Positions 58,595 to 64,000 of a DNA stretch of 64,000 nucleotides are shown here, piece by piece. The stretch comes from Podarcis tiliguerta. Its lineage: Eukaryota. Below the pieces are notes generated by a model that saw only the letters and a list, made by a program, of their open reading frames with translations, was not told the DNA's origin and searched no databases. How positions within the stretch are numbered: the first letter of the stretch is position 1; each line of letters begins with the position of its first letter. Position numbers and translations under genes: made by a program. The stretch lies in assembly GCA_965153285.1 (NCBI GenBank), contig OZ229111.1, one strand, 5' to 3'.

Positions 58595-59607
58595 CCGTAT
58601 TGGCCCAAATACAAGCCGCAGTTTTATTTTTTTTAAATTCCAACCGTGAAAAGTTAAAGGGTGGCTTAAATTCACAACCTTACAAAAGCTGGCTTTTACG
58701 ATATCGTTGCTGAAACAGACATATGGTAAAATGGAATGGGTGTGAGTACCTGTGGAATTTTAAGGGAGTGACTTATTTTCGGGTACAGAGGCGTAGCAAG
58801 CCCAGGTGGTACCCAGTATGGATTTTTTTTTGTCACCCCCCCCCCCCCACATTGACAGCTGGGTAGGCTTGGGAGTCGCGGGGAGGCACCAAATGTCACC
58901 CCCTCAGTGATGAAACCTGGGGTGGTCTGCCCCCGCTCCCTATGCCTCTGCGTCCCCACCCCCACGACTCCCAGGTACCCCAAGCCATCGGGGGAAGGGG
59001 GGGAGCTATGTTGCTTTGCCAGGGTGCTGGCAAAGCTGCGCAGCTTGTCCTCTCAGGAGCCACGGCTCCCATCCGTCCCCCTCCCTCTCTCCCCGGCTCG
59101 CTGTAAAGCAGCAAAGCAGTAGCCACTTATGGCGAGCCGGGGAGTGAGGGAGGCTGGGAGGGAGCCCCCCAGCTCGCTGTGAGCGACTCCTACTGGCAGC
59201 GGAGGGATCTCACCGTGTCCGTACGGTGCTCCAGCGGCGCCAGTGGCAAACTGCTATGTACAGCACATGTGTGGCATCAGTATGCACAGCGCATGCATAC
59301 AACAGTGCAGGCGTTGTATGTAGCGGTTTGCCGCCGCTGCCACCAGAGATCCGTATGGACGGTGGTGGGATCCTCTGCTTGCAGCTGCAGCCATGAGCAG
59401 AGGATCCTCCACATTTGCCTGCGGCGGCACGATGGCTGCTCGTGCTGACAGGCCCGGGCCGGGGCAGCAGGGCAAGCACCCCGCGGGGTGCCAAGACACC
59501 TGGGGGTGTTTTGTCACTCCCCCAGACATGGAACACAGGGCGCACCGCCCCCCCCCCCAGCTTGCGACACCACTGTTTGGGTGCGGCTTATATTAGGGCC
59601 AATATGG
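58595..59607. mobile_element. Tc1/pogo-type MITE carrying a nested hAT element
   Basis: TA-ccgtattggcccaaatacaagccgca ... tgcggcttatattagggccaatatgg-TA. Confidence 0.85.
58786..59575. mobile_element. GC-rich non-autonomous hAT-like element (nested)
   Basis: TIR cagaggcgtagcaag/cttgcgacaccactg; decayed TSD TTCGGGTA/TTTGGGTG. Confidence 0.75.
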
Positions 59608-62600
59608 TAATGATTCTGCTTAATGATGCTTCACCCTCTCCATTATATTAAATTAAATTAGGTTAACGAAATTGTATTTCTATGGAGGTTTTGAAATTTG
59701 GCAACGCCCTAGATTAGCATGTCCATGGCTTTTTCTGCTAAAGTACTCACTGGATATAGAGTACCAGCACTTCTTTTTATTTTATTCATTTGCAGCACAT
59801 GGCAGCCATTTTGTGCTGGCACCCACAACACTTTTATCATTATATGAGTAGAGGCGCCTCATTCTTTTACCCCCTCCCCCCCAAAAACACCCACTGAGAA
59901 TGTCCAATTCAGGAAGCCTTTGGGTGGTTATCTTCAAAACTAAAATGTACAACTAAAATATACTGTATACAAATTCTCATGATTTGGGGCAGGTGTGTGG
60001 GGGACTGCTTCTTAATATTGGAAAGGCTAAATTGAATAATGATGTTAATGGCAATATTATACTATATGAATCACCACAGCTACTGACATTGAGGAAATGA
60101 GTTCTGAAAGAAGCAGGAATCAGCTTGAATATTTTTCTCTAATGAGCCAGAACAAAAATCAACTCAGTCTGGTTCACAGATTTTTTTAAAAAAATAAAAA
60201 AGGCAAAATAAAAATCTCTGCTTAGATTATCTTGGGAAGATTTCTGCTTTTGCAGGCAAAGCAAGTTTCTAATAATGCAAAAATTGTCTGTCTGGGAAAG
60301 GCACTCTTATTTAGTCTGAAGGTGTAAATCCACTGTCTTTGAAGTTCAGATGATCCTGAGATTATTATTTTTTTTGGTCTTGCTTTTGTGGAAGCCCAAG
60401 CCAAAGAGTATGTAAAATCCCGGTGGAAGGAAATCTCCCCAAAGGTCTTACCACCTTGGCAGATCTTACATAACCAGTGGAAATATGAGACCCTAACAAT
60501 GTTAGAGAACAACGTTTTGCAGTGTTAGAGTATCTGAGGTCATGCAAGTAACATATTTTGAAATGACTATACAGGATCAGTAGGGCCCTAGAAAGAGACA
60601 GCTATTGTGTAGATCTTGGAGGAGGGGATAACAGCTATTCCATCAGTAGCTCTGATTGGCCTCTAAGGGCCATGCAGCCTGCAGGTTTCCATTGGGCCAA
60701 GCAGAGAGGGCAAGGATGCCTTGCAGGCAAAATGTCATCTGTCTGACATGAAGACATTCTGATGAGCAGAAATATTAACAATTAGCTTTTGGGCAGTCAG
60801 AGATCATTTCATGAGTATTTTCATAGCAGCCAGTTTTCGTTTCTCTTTGCTGAAAAATGAGAGCTGCTTCCCCACACAGGGCCTGCTATCCCTAGATCAC
60901 CAGTGGTGTCCCTGGGCAAGTGTCTCTAGCCTTCTTAGAAAGAAAGTTATGGGGTAAGATTTGCAGGTTATGGGGTAAGATTCTGTAAAACGAGAGTGGT
61001 GTGGCTATCTAGTATATTTTTTGCTTTTTCCTGGGGAATGTTCCCTGTTGTTATTAGAGAGCAACAGCATCTGTCAGTGTTGGATCTCCATAATCAGGAC
61101 CAGCAGAACGTAGCTGACTTTCCATGGCAAGAATAAGGTTGCCAGTGGTGGGCATCTAATTTTGTGTTATGCCACCCCTGCCTTCATGGCTGTCATTGTG
61201 AGATCTGGAACTCTCTGAAATTTCATAATGTGCCCACTAGTCCAAAAAGGTTGGTGACCTGTGCCCTGGAGGAATGGTGCAGTTTCACGAAAGCACACTT
61301 TCTTGCTTCTCTATTGCTTTCAGCAGTCAGCCTTCATTGCAGGAGAAAAACAGAAAGATAAATGATAAGATATGGGATGCCAGCCTTTTGATGTAGCAGG
61401 ATTAACTTTAAACAACAAAAGTGTAGATAGATCCTCACTTTCATTTTTCTGGGATCTCACCAACCTGTTGATCTCCCAAAAATCTTTGTACAGGCACCAG
61501 ATATAACTTGATCTTCATAAAGTTTCAGTATATATCAGGCTAACGTGGCCTTGCTATGTTTTGAGATTTTCAAGGCAGGTATTAACCCGTGATTCCTTTA
61601 CATCCTGAACCATCTACAAGTATTGCACTTTTAACCAGTATTTTGACTCCCTTAGAGAAAGGGAGCAGAGAGGAAACAAGGGATACAGAGAATGAGAAGG
61701 AAAGGAAAAATTGTGAGAAAGTAAGAGAGGCTTACATAGTTCCACTGCTCTCTGCCTCACACCTATTCAATGCATTGGTAGCTTGTGATACTTACAGTGC
61801 ACTTATAATGCAGCCGTATTTAGCCTTCTACCTTGCACTCCTGCATTGAGAGGACATGTCTCAACAGTCCATTTTGCAGCAACACAACAAGCAGCATTTG
61901 GATTCCTACATCACCTTAGATAATTGTCTTTTAAAAGCCATGCAACAGCTCCAGCAGCAATTGCAGAAGGGAGATTTCTGCCGCTGAAATTTGGGCAGCA
62001 AATATCAGTGGGTATCAGCTGGTTCTTCCAGATTCTAGAGCTGACAAGGAACACTCTTGGACCCTAGTGTCATTGCTATCTTGGCCTGTCAAAGCAGCTG
62101 ATTTTCAGGGATTTCTCTCACTCCTCAGCTGCAGGATGTCAATAGAGAAGGAGAGACAATTGCGGCAGATCCTGCAGCAGCAGCAGCTCCAAGAAGAACT
62201 GAATAGCACATAAAACAGGCCGCAGCTTTGAAGCCACACGGTGAAGAATGGGGAAATTTCTCCCTTTTTTACTGCATACAATTTGTAGTGGCCTAAACAG
62301 TAGCAGACTATACCTAGGTGAGTTCTACACATTCTCAGTCCATATGTCAATCAGAAGTGTTTATACTGTAGAGGTAGGTCTAGTGCTGGTGAAATCAACA
62401 GAATTTCAGTAGTGACCCAGGATAAATGACAGCGTGGAGGAGTCAAATGAATCTGCCAAGAGTTTGAGTCTGCATCATTTGTAAAATGTGTCATCTCTCA
62501 TGTGTGTCTAACCTATTGAAGTACATCATGTAGTGCTGAGCTGAAGTGGAGGTGGTGGGGGAGAGCTGTGGAAGAAGCATGAAAATAATCTTGAAATGGA

Positions 62601-62849
62601 AATAAAGGGGAAGTTGTGGACCCTTTGAAATGACGGTTTTTGCATGAAAATATTGAAGATCATGAACATTTTACACATCACTACCACTATGCATCCTCAG
62701 CTAGTAGCTGATACACAGAGAGGTACTAATCTTTTATTCTGTCAGCTAACAAACACAAGCTGTTCATCAAACAATAAATAACTATCCTGCAGTACTTGAA
62801 GTCCCAAGTGAAAAGCCTGAAGGCAAAAGCAAGATGAGAATAGTGTCAG

Positions 62850-63775
62850 AATACCAGAATGCCAATCATAATGTTATTGACGGAAGAAACCTAATAAATG
62901 AGGGGATTAGTTAAAAGGAAGTTGAAAGGGAGAGGCAGATGTCTTCAGAACACTTGGAAGCTAATGAAACATACTGTACTAGAAGCTCATATAAAATCTA
63001 TACAGCAGATTAGAAAGGAATAAACAAAGCCAAGAAGATGCCCACCTAGTTAATGAGCAGACTTCAAGGAAACAGTAAAAGGAAGAAGCTTTCTTTTAGA
63101 AAATGGATGCCTTGTCCAAATTGGGAAAACAAAAAGAGCATAAACTCCGGTAAAACAAATGTAAAATGACAATAAACCAAGTGAATAAAATTTGAGGGAG
63201 ATATTGTTCAAAACTATACAGCTTTATTTTGATCCTTTAGAATGAGGAAACTAGCCTGGGGAACTGTCAGATTGTTAAGACAAAAGTGGTGTGAAAGAAT
63301 TGCTGAATGAGAATAGGAAGATTACTGAGAAGCTGGATGAATTCACTGTGGAAGATACAGGAACTAGTATTCATTAGAGATGGCAAGAGATGAAGGTCTA
63401 TGGCTAATTGACCACAAAAAAGTCACCGGATGCCACACACCCAATATGAAATCGTTGATCATCCAATTAAAATATGACCTTTGTCATTAAAACTCAATTT
63501 CCTTAAAATAATCCTGTATCAACTTTTTAAAGCTGGCAGAAAATCAGGAAATTACAAATCTATTAGTCTAACCTTTGTTCAGGGTCCTCTCATGATAATT
63601 GGTTAAAGAAGAGGCATCATAAGACAGGAATAAACAAATTGACAGTATTCACAATGGACAGAAGTAAGCAGTGGAGTCCCTCAAGGATATGTATAGCAAC
63701 CAATGCGATTTAACTTATTTACATCAGGCCAAGGAGTAAGTCGTAAGGTGGCCAAGTTTTTGGATGATATCAATC
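62850..63775 (+). mobile_element. Highly degenerate CR1/L3 LINE ORF2 (RT region)
   Basis: Remnants of GNYxxISLT, VSSGVPQG, FNLF and KVAKFxDD motifs with many indels. Confidence 0.7.
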
Positions 63776-64000
63776 AGAATGGGGCTTGATGTAGAATGAG
63801 AAGAGCTCCTTAAGCAGGGAAAGGGATCTTACAGCCCACAGGCCAATCTTGGCCTACCAGGGGGTCCAATTTGACCTCCAATTTCCCCCAAAGCACTTCC
63901 ACCTGCCAATCAGCTGATGGGCGAGGTTGAATTCTGCATTGGCTGTGCCCACCAGGTCCCCATAGGGAACTGGTATACAGTCAAAACAGCAGGATTTACC

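Noticed and set aside
61850-62215. Two short Gln-rich + strand frames (MSQQSILQQH...QQLQQQLQKG; MSIEKERQLRQILQQQQLQEELNST) in the BSN intron
   Set aside because: Both are under 45 aa, match no family I can recognise and lack convincing exon structure. A tBLASTx search of 60000-62500 would be needed to test for a decayed gene or retroelement.

Overview
Vertebrate genomic DNA, not prokaryotic. The repeat content (CR1, L2 and RTE LINEs, tRNA- and 5S-derived SINEs, hAT and Tc1/mariner MITEs) suggests a squamate reptile, probably a lizard; this is inference. Three spliced genes lie on the minus strand. (1) The 3' end of BSN (bassoon): five coding exons at 51422-57269, a 3'-UTR intron and a ~5 kb terminal UTR exon. 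(2) A complete 22-exon APEH (acylamino-acid-releasing enzyme; CDS 23350-38072, 728 aa, intact Ser/Asp/His triad). (3) Immediately downstream, a second, strongly diverged but intact APEH-like gene with its own CpG-island promoter (21 exons in the window, 74-20451; the last exon lies beyond the left edge). The main finding is this old tandem APEH paralog. It keeps every intron position and the catalytic Ser and Asp, but changes residues that shape substrate selection in mammalian APEH (Pro506->Ser, Phe274->Ala, Cys629->Arg equivalents, and a shorter exon-6 loop), so it may be a functionally distinct S9 peptidase/esterase. Almost all ORFs in the six-frame track are spurious, exon fragments or repeat-derived. 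Exon boundaries were read by hand. Mammalian residue numbers and family names are from memory, not from a search.
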